A stretch of 62,865 bases of DNA, the filler included. It is 5 parts of 5 records of this genome, joined end to end, with 100 filler letters (N's around TTAATTAATTAA, not from the genome) between each part and the next. Parts side by side here need not be neighbours in the genome. Positions count along the whole stretch, not along the records: positions 37,399 to 50,074 come from SRR31156797_8691; positions 50,175 to 56,961 come from SRR31156797_8703; 3 more parts are not named here. One strand, written 5' to 3'. The first letter of the stretch is position 1. Each line of letters starts with the position of its first letter. The notes beneath the pieces are model-generated. The model was given only the letters and a program-made list of their open reading frames with translations. It had not been told where the DNA came from and made no database searches. Below are positions 41,988 to 53,200 of this stretch, in pieces. Both the position numbers and the translations under genes were made by a program.

Positions 41988-43979
41988 ATGAGAAGAACAA
42001 GTATTCTTTTTCTGGCTTTAATTTTCATGATCCCGACGTGGTTGTTGGGACAGGATTATATCATCAGGGCCGATAGTATAAATAAACTGATCAGAAAAAG
42101 CCCAAATGACACGGCCCTGATCAGGGAATTTGCAGATGCCACCACGGATATTCCTGTAGCGCTTACCGATACGGCGTATTATTTCGCCTCTGAGTTGTAC
42201 CGGGCTTCAGATTTCACAAACTATCGTTACGGACTCGCCGTAGCCCTGAACTTTCAGGGTTGGATACTTGAACAGGACGACTATCGAAGGTCGATCGAGA
42301 AATACAACCAAAGTCTGGAAATATCAAAAAAAGAAGGTTTCAAAAAACTGCAATCCACTACCCTCAACAACCTCAGTATTGTTTACTCCGTGATGGGCGA
42401 ATTTAATCAATCCATTGAGTACCTGCTTCAGTTTTTGAAAATTGCAGAAGAGATGGATGACGACATGCGTAAAGCGGTAGCACTTAACAATATTGGACTG
42501 CGATATCACGATATGGGTAATCCCGAAATTGCACTCGGATATTATGACCGTGCAAAGCGGATAAACCTGAAAACCGGTGCAACAGGCCGTTACGCAACAA
42601 ACCTTTCCAATATAAGTAACTCATACCAGGTGATGTGGCGAGGCAATCCCGAAAATGATAATTTGTATGACTCTGCACTTTCTTTTCAATTGCAGGCGCT
42701 AAAACTAAACCGGGCAAGTGGCGACCATTATAAAATGCAGTATGGGTTTCAATCATTGGTATTTCTCTATAGTGAGAAGGAGCAATTAAAACAGGCCCGG
42801 ATTGCACTGGATTCTGCGGTATATTTTGCCAATCTGGTGGATGATCATTATGGAATAATAAACCTGATGCGACTAAAAGCCGACCTTTTGAATAAAGAAA
42901 AAAAATTCGGCGAGTCTATAGCGATTCTACACGAGGCTTTAAAGATGGCCACAAAAATGAATTACCGTACGTTGCTTGTGGATATATACGATGAGTTGAG
43001 CGAAAGTTATTCGGGCAAAAACGACTTTGTAAAAGCCTATGAATACAACCAGAAATTCCAGGAGCTTGAAGATTCATTACAAAACATCGAAAAAAGTAAG
43101 GCCTTTGCCCAGATGAATTTTTATGAGCAGGAAAAAGCCAAAAAAGAAAAGGAGATACTCAACAAAAATCTTGAAATACAGGAGTTGAGATTAAACAGGC
43201 AACGACTGGTCAGGAATTCGATCATCATTGTAGGTTCGTTGATCCTCCTCATGCTTCTAGGGCTTTGGCAGCGCTATAGGTTTGTAAGGCGAACAAAATC
43301 AGAGCTTGAAGATAAAAACAAAATCATCGAAATTGAACGAGAAAAATCAGACAAACTCCTATTGAATATCCTGCCTGAAGAAACAGCAGGCGAATTGAAG
43401 GCTTCGGGAAAATCGAAAGCCAAAATGTTTGATATGGTAACGGTGATGTTTGCCGACTTTAAAGGGTTTACTATGATGGCTGAAAAAATGTCACCACAGG
43501 ACCTCGTGGATGAAATAGACCATTATTATAAAACCTTTGACGATATCATTACCAGGCACAACATCGAAAAGATCAAGACCATTGGCGATGCCTACATGTG
43601 TGCAGGTGGGCTCCCGATACCAAATAAAACCAACCCTGAGGATGTTTTAATGGCTGCGTGTGAGATCAGGGATTTCATGGAAAAGCACAAGGCCCTAAAA
43701 CAAGCTGACGGCAAACCCTTTTTCGAGGCCAGGATTGGCATACACACAGGTCCGGTGGTTGCAGGAATAGTCGGTAACCGGAAATTCGCTTACGACATAT
43801 GGGGCGATACAGTTAATATTGCTTCACGTATGGAATCCAGCGGTGAAGTCGGGAAAATAAATATATCACAATTTACCTGGGAAAGTGTGAAGGATAAATT
43901 CAATTGTACCCATCGCGGCAAGCTGGAAACCAAAAACAAGGGCCTGATGGATATGTATTTTGTGGAGTGCAGAAAATAA
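41988..43979 (+). CDS. Membrane-anchored TPR-sensor class III adenylate/guanylate cyclase
   Basis: Signal peptide, TPR-like repeats, one TM segment, LLLNILP, FADFKGFT, KIKTIGDAYM and YDIWGDTVNIASRMES. Confidence 0.93.
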   Translation: MRRTSILFLALIFMIPTWLLGQDYIIRADSINKLIRKSPNDTALIREFADATTDIPVALTDTAYYFASELYRASDFTNYRYGLAVALNFQGWILEQDDYRRSIEKYNQSLEISKKEGFKKLQSTTLNNLSIVYSVMGEFNQSIEYLLQFLKIAEEMDDDMRKAVALNNIGLRYHDMGNPEIALGYYDRAKRINLKTGATGRYATNLSNISNSYQVMWRGNPENDNLYDSALSFQLQALKLNRASGDHYKMQYGFQSLVFLYSEKEQLKQARIALDSAVYFANLVDDHYGIINLMRLKADLLNKEKKFGESIAILHEALKMATKMNYRTLLVDIYDELSESYSGKNDFVKAYEYNQKFQELEDSLQNIEKSKAFAQMNFYEQEKAKKEKEILNKNLEIQELRLNRQRLVRNSIIIVGSLILLMLLGLWQRYRFVRRTKSELEDKNKIIEIEREKSDKLLLNILPEETAGELKASGKSKAKMFDMVTVMFADFKGFTMMAEKMSPQDLVDEIDHYYKTFDDIITRHNIEKIKTIGDAYMCAGGLPIPNKTNPEDVLMAACEIRDFMEKHKALKQADGKPFFEARIGIHTGPVVAGIVGNRKFAYDIWGDTVNIASRMESSGEVGKINISQFTWESVKDKFNCTHRGKLETKNKGLMDMYFVECRK

Positions 43980-43999
43980 GAAACTCGCATCGCTCACTT

Positions 44000-44165
44000 G
44001 TAATTAGCTTCAGTGCATTCGACGTTATTTGGGCTGCGCCCGTAATTTGCTTCGCGACGCTCAGCGTCATTTGCGCTATGCGCGTAATTGGTTTTCGCTT
44101 CGCTCAAACGGTCATTAGCCTGGCTACGCTCGGCGGCATTGGTGGTCATTTTTTTGTTATTAGTC
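44000..44165. repeat. Array of GT(A/C/T)ATT anchors, each followed by a short hairpin
   Basis: Anchors at 44000, 44024, 44042, 44066, 44084, 44111 and 44135, with inserts such as GGGC-TGC-GCCC and GCGC-TAT-GCGC. Confidence 0.65.
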
Positions 44166-44339
44166 CACTTCATATAATTTACTCCCAGCCCTTAAATCAC
44201 CCACTACACTGCAATCTCTTCGTTCGCCTGATTCGCTTTCGTTGCCTACTTCGCTTCGTTCGCCTATGTCTTTCTTTCAGAAAAAAAATCCCCCACCCGG
44301 AAACCAGATGAGGGAGTTTTATTATCAATAAATTTTGTT

Positions 44340-46115
44340 TTAGTTTATATAAATGTCAAAAGGCATACGTGCCTGAACGCCACGGGCATCTTTCCAGTAT
44401 TTCAGGTATTGATAGAGCCTGTAGTCTTCACCAAGTTCAGCTTTAATACGGGCTTCAATACTGGCCTGTCCAAACAGATCGTTAACCAACTCTTCAATTG
44501 GATCCTTTTGCTCCGGGTATTCACGAATACTCCATGAGTCCAAACCTGCCTTTTCAACGGCATCTGCAATGGCCATCTCAAGGCCGCCCAGTTCATCAAC
44601 AAGCCCGATTTCCAGGGCATCGGCACCAACCCAAACACGTCCCTGGCCAATTCCATCCACGGCATCCCAGGTCATATCACGTCCTTCGGCAACATGATCC
44701 ACAAACGTATCATAAATCTCCTCGATTGATTCCTTGATTTTTCCCTTCTGAAATTCGGTGAGCGGCTTGTTTACAGTCATAAATGCTGCATTGTCGTTGG
44801 ATTGTGCATAATCGAAGGTAATACCAAGTTTGTTCTTCATGGTTTCCTCAAGGTTCGGGATCATACCCAGCACTCCTATTGACCCGGTGATCGTAGTTGG
44901 ATCGGCGTAAATCTTATCAGCAGCACATGAAATATAATAACCACCAGATGCAGCTACATTCCCCATGGAAACGATGAAAGGCTTTTCCTGGGCTGCAAGT
45001 TTTACCTCACGCAAAATAATATCTGATGCCAGGGCGCTACCGCCGGGGGAATTAACCCGCATAACGATTGCTTTTACTTTATCATCCTCACGGGCTTTGC
45101 GGATTGCCCTTGAAATACGGTCTGAGCCAATAATCTGATCACTACCTTCGCCGGTAATGATTTGGCCCACGGCATAGATTACAGCAATGCGGTTTTTAAA
45201 ATCTTTTTCTCCACCATCTGGGTCAGGAGCATTGGTATAGTTGGCCAGTGAAACGGTTTCATATTCTTTATCATCTTCAATGCCAAGCTTACGTTTCAGC
45301 TCAGCAATAATCTCATCCTTATATTTCAGGCCATCAACAAAACGGGCATCCAGCGCTGCTTCTGCATTGGTGAGGGCCAGTTCATCAGCCATCTTATTGA
45401 GGTTATCTACCGAAATATTCCTTGATTCAGAAATTGCTGTTACAATTCTTCCCCATATTTCATCTATAATGGCTTGCATTTGCTCACGGTTTTCAGGGCT
45501 CATTTTGTCGAGCATAAAGGGTTCAACGGCACTTTTGTATTTTCCATGCCTGATGATCTGCATTTCGGCATCCAGTTTTTCGATAGTACCTTTAAAGAAC
45601 ATCAGTTCCGCGTATAAGCCCCTGAAATCCACATAACCTTCAGGGTTCAAATAAATATCATCGGCAGTTGTGGCCAGGTAATAGGAAGCCTGTGAATAGG
45701 AATCGCTATAAGCCAGAATAAACTTTCCTGACTTTTTAAAATCCATGATTGCATTCCGAACCTCTTCGATGGTAGCCATACCGGCCTGTAAGCCCGTAAG
45801 ATCCAGATATACCCCTGTGATTTTCGGGTCTCTTGAAGCCTTATCAAGATTGTCCAGAATATCATTCAACCCGATTGATTTTGATGGCTCCATGGTATTG
45901 AAATTAAAATCGGAAAACGGATCTTTAGAAGTTCTGTCGATGATGGGTGTGTTCAGTTTTATATGAAGCATGGTGTTCTCAGCAACAGCAGTTTCCTGCT
46001 TTTCAAGCATATTTGCAAATGAAGTTACCATACCCAGAAAAACGAAAAATAAAATTACCGACATGATGAGCATCCCCAACATGGAGGCAAACATAAATTT
46101 AAAAAAGTCTTTCAT
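44340..46115 (-). CDS. sppA: Signal peptide peptidase SppA (67K type)
   Basis: GKYKSAVEPF, RVNSPGGSALAS, AASGGYYI, TGSIGV and GQGRVW. Confidence 0.97.
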   Translation of the reverse strand: MKDFFKFMFASMLGMLIMSVILFFVFLGMVTSFANMLEKQETAVAENTMLHIKLNTPIIDRTSKDPFSDFNFNTMEPSKSIGLNDILDNLDKASRDPKITGVYLDLTGLQAGMATIEEVRNAIMDFKKSGKFILAYSDSYSQASYYLATTADDIYLNPEGYVDFRGLYAELMFFKGTIEKLDAEMQIIRHGKYKSAVEPFMLDKMSPENREQMQAIIDEIWGRIVTAISESRNISVDNLNKMADELALTNAEAALDARFVDGLKYKDEIIAELKRKLGIEDDKEYETVSLANYTNAPDPDGGEKDFKNRIAVIYAVGQIITGEGSDQIIGSDRISRAIRKAREDDKVKAIVMRVNSPGGSALASDIILREVKLAAQEKPFIVSMGNVAASGGYYISCAADKIYADPTTITGSIGVLGMIPNLEETMKNKLGITFDYAQSNDNAAFMTVNKPLTEFQKGKIKESIEEIYDTFVDHVAEGRDMTWDAVDGIGQGRVWVGADALEIGLVDELGGLEMAIADAVEKAGLDSWSIREYPEQKDPIEELVNDLFGQASIEARIKAELGEDYRLYQYLKYWKDARGVQARMPFDIYIN

Positions 46116-46337
46116 AATTTTTGACGTAGTTTAGGTTAATATTTAGTGGTATGCAAATATGATAAATATTTCCGCCATTTATGCACAGCGTTACCTTACA
46201 AATTATAAAAGATGCTAAAGAGATGTATTGTAGCATGCTCACATCTGCACCTGCATTGTTAATATTTTCTCTTGCATATTCACGGGGTAACAGCTCATTT
46301 TTCTAGTATTTTTGATGCCGTGAAACCAGCCAAACAC

Positions 46338-46826
46338 ATGCATATTTGCTTCCTGCTTCTGGGCAGTAATCTCGGTAACAAACTGGATATCATAGCGGGT
46401 GCCCTGCAGGAAATCGGGACGAAAATCGGGGATATCCAAATCAGGTCGGGTATGTATGCCACTGAACCATGGGGCTTTGATTCGAATGAAGAATTTGTCA
46501 ATATGGCGGTCGGGGTTAAAACTATGCTATCGGCAAGTGATGTGCTCAGGCAAATTCATACCATTGAAAATGATCTTGGCAGAATAAGGCATTCAAAAAC
46601 AGGTTATTCGTCACGTAAACTCGACATTGACATCCTTTTTTATGACCAGGTGATAATGAAAACTGAAAACCTGGAGATTCCACACCCAAGGCTACATGAA
46701 CGACGTTTCGCCCTAAAACCTATGCTTGAAATTGCACCGGAGATGGTTCACCCAAAACTAAATAAAACGATTAATGAGCTGCATCGAGAATGTCAGGATA
46801 CGTTGTACGTTCAAAAGATGATGTGA
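46338..46826 (+). CDS. folK: 2-amino-4-hydroxy-6-hydroxymethyldihydropteridine diphosphokinase
   Basis: LGSNLG, TEPWG, RKLDIDIL and IPHPRLHERRF. The TATTTTTG promoter box at 46307-46314 argues for a start at 46320 or 46338. Confidence 0.95.
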   Translation: MHICFLLLGSNLGNKLDIIAGALQEIGTKIGDIQIRSGMYATEPWGFDSNEEFVNMAVGVKTMLSASDVLRQIHTIENDLGRIRHSKTGYSSRKLDIDILFYDQVIMKTENLEIPHPRLHERRFALKPMLEIAPEMVHPKLNKTINELHRECQDTLYVQKMM

Positions 46827-46849
46827 AAATCAGAAACCAGGAAACTGAA

Positions 46850-47491
46850 ATGGGAATTACGGATTATAATTTTATCTCGATAGAAGGAAACATTGGCGCC
46901 GGAAAAACCACGCTTGCTACCCACATTGCTGAGGATTACAATGCAAAACTTATTCTTGAATCGTTTGAAGAAAATGCTTTTCTGGCCAAGTTTTACAAGG
47001 AGCCGGATAAATACGCCTTCCCGCTGGAGTTGTCGTTTTTGGCCGAGCGTTATGAACAATTAAAACATCAACTCACCAGCCGCGACCTGTTTAAAACCTT
47101 CACCGTATCGGATTATTTCATCAACAAATCATTCATTTTTGCCCGGAAAAACCTGCCAGAAGATACCTTTGGGCTGTATAAAAAATTATTCGATATCATC
47201 AGCGAATCCCTGCCCAAACCCGATTTGCTGGTATATCTTTATCAAAGCATCGACAACCTGATGCGTAACATCCACAATCGTGGCCGGGATTATGAAAAGG
47301 ACATCAAACCGGGGTACCTCGAAAAAATTCAGGATAGCTACCTCGACTTTATCCGCCAGAAATCCGGTATGCGCATCCTCATCATCGATACAAACGATAT
47401 GGATTTTGTGAAACGTGACGGTGATTACAAGCGAATTACTGAAATCATTGCAGCAGAGTATTCAATCGGGGTTCACCGCATCACACCATAA
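46850..47491 (+). CDS. Deoxynucleoside kinase family
   Basis: IEGNIGAGKTT, PKPDLLVYL and RGRDYE; adjacent to folK. Confidence 0.92.
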   Translation: MGITDYNFISIEGNIGAGKTTLATHIAEDYNAKLILESFEENAFLAKFYKEPDKYAFPLELSFLAERYEQLKHQLTSRDLFKTFTVSDYFINKSFIFARKNLPEDTFGLYKKLFDIISESLPKPDLLVYLYQSIDNLMRNIHNRGRDYEKDIKPGYLEKIQDSYLDFIRQKSGMRILIIDTNDMDFVKRDGDYKRITEIIAAEYSIGVHRITP

Positions 47492-47633
47492 ATTTCATGT
47501 TTTGCCGCTAGGTGCAACTGATTAAAAAATAATCAATCTGTTTTACTAAACAAATCTTCTTTCGTTAAATATTTAATGTTAAAACATTTTGATTTTCAGT
47601 GAAAAAGTTTTTTTTGTGAAAAAAATCAATACC

Positions 47634-49121
47634 ATGAAAAGACTCTCTACACTACTTTTTCTCATCATGGCAATTATTGCCTCTGCTCAGGATTACAATC
47701 CATTTAATTCGGGCACTGTAAAATTCTTCCAGTCAAACCAGTTTGCCGACTCAACCTACGGTTTCAGCATCGATTCGCTGGCTGTTTCGGGTACCGACTC
47801 ACTGTTCTTTCCCTATAATAAGGTGGGAGAGTATATACAAACAGATTTGTGCATATTCTGGGGGGATGAATACTGCTGGGCACACAACCGGCCTATCTGG
47901 ATTGGGTTTGAGATCAGTACAAATAATCAGGGCGTTTACCAATTTCTGACAAATGCCGGTGAAACGCTGACCTTTGATTTTAACCTGCAGCTGGGAGATT
48001 CAACACTTTTTTATGGAAATAATGAAGATGAATTTTACCTGGCTTATGAGGGTAAGGATACTGCAACAATACTTGCTATTACCGATTCAATAAAACACTA
48101 TCGGTTCCGCCATGTTGATAATTCGGGTAACCCGGTGGCAAACTCACCTATTCATGATCAACCATTGAGAATTGGGAAAGAATTCGGGTTGATTGATTTT
48201 ATCCGGATCGACCACTTTCCGGATGTTTTGGAACATGTTACAATGATTGGCAATAAATCGCCATTGGCAGGCCGGATTAGCATTACCGCTGCCGATCTTC
48301 ACGACCACCAGCCCGGAGATATTATTCAATACCATGATTATTACAATCAAGACCCCGGGCCTCCCTGGGAAAACTACAGCAAATACATCCGACATCATTA
48401 TCTGGAGCGTACCGACACACCGGACTCCATAATTTATAAGGTAGCACGGCTCACCTTCAATATCAATTCTGTATCAGGCGTGTATGATACAATTTTCCAG
48501 AAATATAAACGCGATGCTGTGGTCCGGTCTGCGCCATACGACTATATCCACAAAAACGTTTGGATGATTGATAAAAGAAATTACATGCCTAAACAATATG
48601 CCGGGCTCACACTTTGGACACATACTTCATACAACATCCCACTTGGTTATTGCCCGGAAGATAATTGCTGGGGCCACATGGATTACAATGGCCCCCCGCC
48701 AGAAGAGGATTTGATACTGGTTTGTGGGCTTGGCCTATTTAAAGACAGGTATTTCAAATGGGGGTACCCTCACCCCGGCGGCACAACAATAACTGATGCT
48801 TACAGCATTAATTATTTTAAAAAAGACGGCGTGGAATGGGGCGAACAAATTATTGTTGGAATTGAAGAAAATGCCCCGATAAAACCGGAATATTATATCT
48901 ATCCAAATCCCGCCTCTGAAGTTCTGACTGTTAAAACCAAAACTCCTAAAAAGTGTGATGGACAGATTTTAAATACGGCAGGTCAGGTGATTATGGAGTT
49001 TAAAATGCCTGAATCGGGATACTCGAATACACTCGATATCTCAGGATTAAATAATGGGGTATATTTCGTGAGGATCAATAACACAAAATCATCATTTTCA
49101 CACAAGCTGGTCATAAAATAG
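47634..49121 (+). CDS. Secreted protein with a T9SS type A C-terminal sorting domain
   Basis: Signal peptide MKRLSTLLFLIMAIIASA-Q and C-terminal YIYPNPASE...GVYFVRI...KLVIK. Confidence 0.9.
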   Translation: MKRLSTLLFLIMAIIASAQDYNPFNSGTVKFFQSNQFADSTYGFSIDSLAVSGTDSLFFPYNKVGEYIQTDLCIFWGDEYCWAHNRPIWIGFEISTNNQGVYQFLTNAGETLTFDFNLQLGDSTLFYGNNEDEFYLAYEGKDTATILAITDSIKHYRFRHVDNSGNPVANSPIHDQPLRIGKEFGLIDFIRIDHFPDVLEHVTMIGNKSPLAGRISITAADLHDHQPGDIIQYHDYYNQDPGPPWENYSKYIRHHYLERTDTPDSIIYKVARLTFNINSVSGVYDTIFQKYKRDAVVRSAPYDYIHKNVWMIDKRNYMPKQYAGLTLWTHTSYNIPLGYCPEDNCWGHMDYNGPPPEEDLILVCGLGLFKDRYFKWGYPHPGGTTITDAYSINYFKKDGVEWGEQIIVGIEENAPIKPEYYIYPNPASEVLTVKTKTPKKCDGQILNTAGQVIMEFKMPESGYSNTLDISGLNNGVYFVRINNTKSSFSHKLVIK

Positions 49122-49143
49122 GCTCATTCTAATTTGTAAACAT

Positions 49144-49176
49144 AAAAAAAGCCCCGTCAAATTTTGACGGGACTTC
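49144..49176. terminator. Terminator between convergent genes
   Basis: AAAAAAAAGCCCCGTCAAA-T-TTTGACGGGACTT. Confidence 0.7.
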
Positions 49177-49213
49177 CACCTTACCTATGAAAAAAATATT
49201 TACTGATCTGATT

Positions 49214-49762
49214 TTAACAGGCTCCGTTTTTCGAAGCTCTCTTTTGCTTTGTATCCGGCACTAAAACATTATCAATTACATGTATTACGCCGTTGGAAGT
49301 TTCAATGTCAGTAATGATGACGTTTGAACTTTTATTGATCATTACTTTGCCTTTTTTCGCCTTCACATCCAGCTTTGCATTTTCATTTAGCGTTGGAACC
49401 ATTCCGGATTCCACATCTGAGCTCATCACCTTCCCATTTACCACATGATAAAGCAAGATAGGCTTGAGTTGATCTGCACTTAAGTCCTCGATGCCATCAA
49501 CGCCAAGTTTGGCGAAAAGCGCATCAAATGCATCATTTGTCGGGGCAAACACTGTGTAAGGGCCAGAGGCATTCAGGGCATCAACCAGGCCAGCTTTTGA
49601 TACTGCTTCTACGAGTGTGCTAAACCGGGCATCGTTTACGGCTACATCTACAATAGTTGCCCCAGGAACCTTTGCATCACCCTTGGTGGCAAATAATGAG
49701 TTACCAATAACTAAAAGTCCTATAAAAAGACTTGCGAATAATGTTGATTTGAAATTTTTCAT
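49214..49762 (-). CDS. Fasciclin (FAS1) domain protein
   Basis: Signal peptide, YTVFAPTNDAF, LLYHVV and NGVIHVIDNVL. Confidence 0.95.
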   Translation of the reverse strand: MKNFKSTLFASLFIGLLVIGNSLFATKGDAKVPGATIVDVAVNDARFSTLVEAVSKAGLVDALNASGPYTVFAPTNDAFDALFAKLGVDGIEDLSADQLKPILLYHVVNGKVMSSDVESGMVPTLNENAKLDVKAKKGKVMINKSSNVIITDIETSNGVIHVIDNVLVPDTKQKRASKNGAC

Positions 49763-49969
49763 GATATTTTAATATTTAATTTATTATTTGTGATCTACAG
49801 CAGGTAAACGGACCCAAATCAATTTTGTTTAATATTTAAGGTTTTTTATTAAACATAAACCTTTGGTATTTTCGCCCCATTTCATTTTCACTATAGCCAA
49901 ATGTTTTTCTATGGACGCCTTGTCAATTGATTTGTATTAACCCGGAAATTTCATTTCAATTTTTCGACT

Positions 49970-50001
49970 GTAGGGTCAGACGATGCGTTGCTTGTCTGAC
50001 T
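49970..50001 (+). repeat. GTAG-type REP hairpin near the contig end
   Basis: GTAG-GGTCAGAC-gatgcgttgctt-GTCTGACT. Confidence 0.55.
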
Positions 50002-50074
50002 GTGACAAGATCGTCATCAGTTGACGAATTGAAAAATTTACAACTGTCAAGGTTAACCTCATGACGTTTTAGTC

Positions 50075-50174
50075 NNNNNNNNNNNNNNNNNNNNNNNNNN
50101 NNNNNNNNNNNNNNNNNNTTAATTAATTAANNNNNNNNNNNNNNNNNNNNNNNNNNNNNNNNNNNNNNNNNNNN
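50075..50174. other. Artificial contig spacer
   Basis: N44-TTAATTAATTAA-N44. Confidence 0.99.
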
Positions 50175-50237
50175 TATTTCACGGAAAACATTTCCGCGCG
50201 TACTGGTTTACATATCCGAGCCTACTAGGTAAGTTAA

Positions 50238-53200
50238 TTACCATTTGTACAATATTTCGTTAAATACATATGTATTATCATTTTTAGTATCAAATGTATT
50301 TGGGATACTAGGCATAGGACCTTGAGGGGAATCGAGGTTAATACTAACTTTAAAACTTCCTCCAATAATGCCATTGTAAGCACTAAGATCAATTAAATTG
50401 ATTTGCTGAGTATATTTATTTAAATCTGCTTTCATATTATACATAAATAAATTACCTCCTATTGCTGCATTTCCTGTAGTTAAACTTTTCTCAGCACTAA
50501 TCCCAATTGGCCCTTTACCTAATGCCACATGGAATTTAACTTCACTTGGATATTCTACTCCCTTATTAAGAGATCCTTTAATTATTTCTTTACTAATTCC
50601 AGCCTTACCTTCTATTCCCCACCCAAATATTTTACATTTAGACCCAATGGTAGGTCCAACTTCTATTGATGATTCTATATCAATGAAATAAACAGAATTA
50701 TCATTAGGATTTTTAGCGAAACTATAAAGTTGTGTAAAATCAATTCTTAACAAATTATTATCAACTGCTATATTTACAGAAACTGCATTTTTTATACCAT
50801 ACGAAATCGAATGATGAGTAATATCGATATTAAGTAAACTCTCAGCATAAGCTAAACTTGAGCTAAATAAATCTATATCAGGAATTCGTACATAATCCGA
50901 TAGAGATAAATTACTACCAGTTTCCTCTCTATATTGAAACCACTCACTAATGACTTCAGGAGAATAAGGATCGACTCCATTAAAACTGCTAACAGAATTA
51001 CCAGCTGATCTATATCCTTCATAATTATTTAATCTTTGGCTGGCTGATAACATAGCAGCTCCTATTCCAAAATCACTGCTAATTCTATTCCCACTTCCTC
51101 CAGCTTGTCCCTCCGGGCGAGGTAATGGGAGTTGATTGATATAACCACTTGGATCCACACAATTTATTGGATTATTCATACAATACGAATACCTATTGTA
51201 ATTAGCCGTATTACCCGGAGCCTGAATAAAAGGATCAGGGCTTACAAACTGCATAGTATTTGGACAGTAAACCCTTCCATTCATATGTATTAGATTAAAA
51301 TCATCCAGGTGTTCGTGCATGGTAAATCCCCTGTCTGTAATATATGTACTAACAGTTGCTGCATTACCCCAATTTTGAGGATCACGCCTAACACCCCAGA
51401 CATCAAAAGCTTGTTCTTCTACAATATTTCCCGATTCATCAATAAGCATATTTATCGAACCTAAGTGATCGCTAAGCGTGAAATACATATGGTTTACATC
51501 ATTTTCATCCATCACATTAATGGCTGACAGACCACTTGGAGCGCTAACATAATGAATCCTTTGAGTATTGTTGTTTTCAGTTACTTCTTCGTAATTACTT
51601 TGATAATATTTAGTTTTTACAATTTGCTGGTTTTGCTTCTGAACTGCTTTTCGCCTTGCTTTGTCAAACCCATAGGTAAAGTCAATTACATCGTTACCTT
51701 TGCTAATGGCTGTTAAATTATTTTCGGTGTCAAAGCTTAATCCGCCATAAGCTAAATCCAAGCCATCCTGTTCAATACTTTGTAGCCTGTTGTGTTTGGT
51801 ATTATCATACAGTAAAGTATTTTTTGCAGGTTCAGTAATATTACTGTACGAATCGTAATTAAAAGTACGTTCATCCACTTTTATGGCATTGTGGTATGTA
51901 CTAATGCTTTGTATGCGATTTAAATTATCGTAAACAAACGATTCGGAGTTGTTGTATATATCCTCTCGCCTTTGATTAATATTACCTTTATCATCGTAAG
52001 CTACATTATAATCGTAGTAGCCAGACAGGTATTTACGTTTAAAACGACCATACTCGTCATATTGCAACTCCAAGGGATTTAATGTACCCAGTGTATAATT
52101 TTCAAAAGCCATATATTGATTTTGCTCACCAGCCTGCCAAATAAACTGATCATCGCCATAGCTAATACCTGTTAAATAGTCACTTTCCGAGAGGTAATGA
52201 TAGTTTAATTCAAAACCTGATGGATATATATATTGGCTCAACCTGCCTTTTTCGTCATATTGCATGGCTGTACTAAAAGCTTTGCCCTCAATGGTTTCAG
52301 TATAGTTGATTTGTCGCCCAATTTTATCGTATGTATAGTCAATACTAAAGTTATTGGAAGATGATAAACCGGATAGTGCCCCTTTCCATTTGGTATCGTA
52401 AGTAAATGAAGTAGTTGCCCCACTCTGAACTTGTTTTTCTATAATCCTACCTAATATATCATACGCAAACTCTACTTTTAAATTACGGGCATCAGTTGTA
52501 GATACCACTTGTCCCCAAGCATTATACACATTGGTCGTTGTTCCTCCATTAGGGGTTTGTGTACTTAGCTTATTACCATATATATCGTAGGTCATCACCA
52601 CATCGGCATTATTACCTGCAATTCCCGATTGTTTTAAAAGCCCGTTACTGTAATACTTATAGGCCACCTTTGATCCATCGTTGTTGGTGGATTCAATTAG
52701 TTCGCCCAATGCATTATTTTTTTGCGTTGTTGTTACAGTTGTTGTTCCTTTTGTTACCGAGCTGGTAACACTGCGCAAACTCTCATTATAGGTATATGTT
52801 AACACCGAACCATCCGGATTAGTAACAGTTTTTACCCTATTGTATTTATCGTAGGTATAAGTTGTGTATAAAATATTACTCTGATTTAAATAATGCGGCA
52901 CTGTTTGTCGGTGCAACAAACCCGTAGATTGGTCATATTCAAAATCTACATATACTTTCACCTTATCACTGCGACTTTCGTTTTGCTTTTGCCCCACAGT
53001 TCTTATGGTACGCCCGGCCTTATCGTAATAGGTTTTGCCTACACTACTTAAAGATGATTTGGATTCGCTCATATAAAAGGCTCCTTCAGGAGCATCCGTA
53101 TCTCCCGAATCAATCCACTTTAACGTACTATACGAAGTGGTACCATCCGCACCAATAGCCAGAGAAGTACGGTTTAAGGCATCATATTGACTGTAGGCTT

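Noticed and set aside
43904-44311. 135-aa ORF
   Set aside because: It overlaps the cyclase 3' end and is a translation of the hairpin/TTCG repeat region with low-complexity composition.
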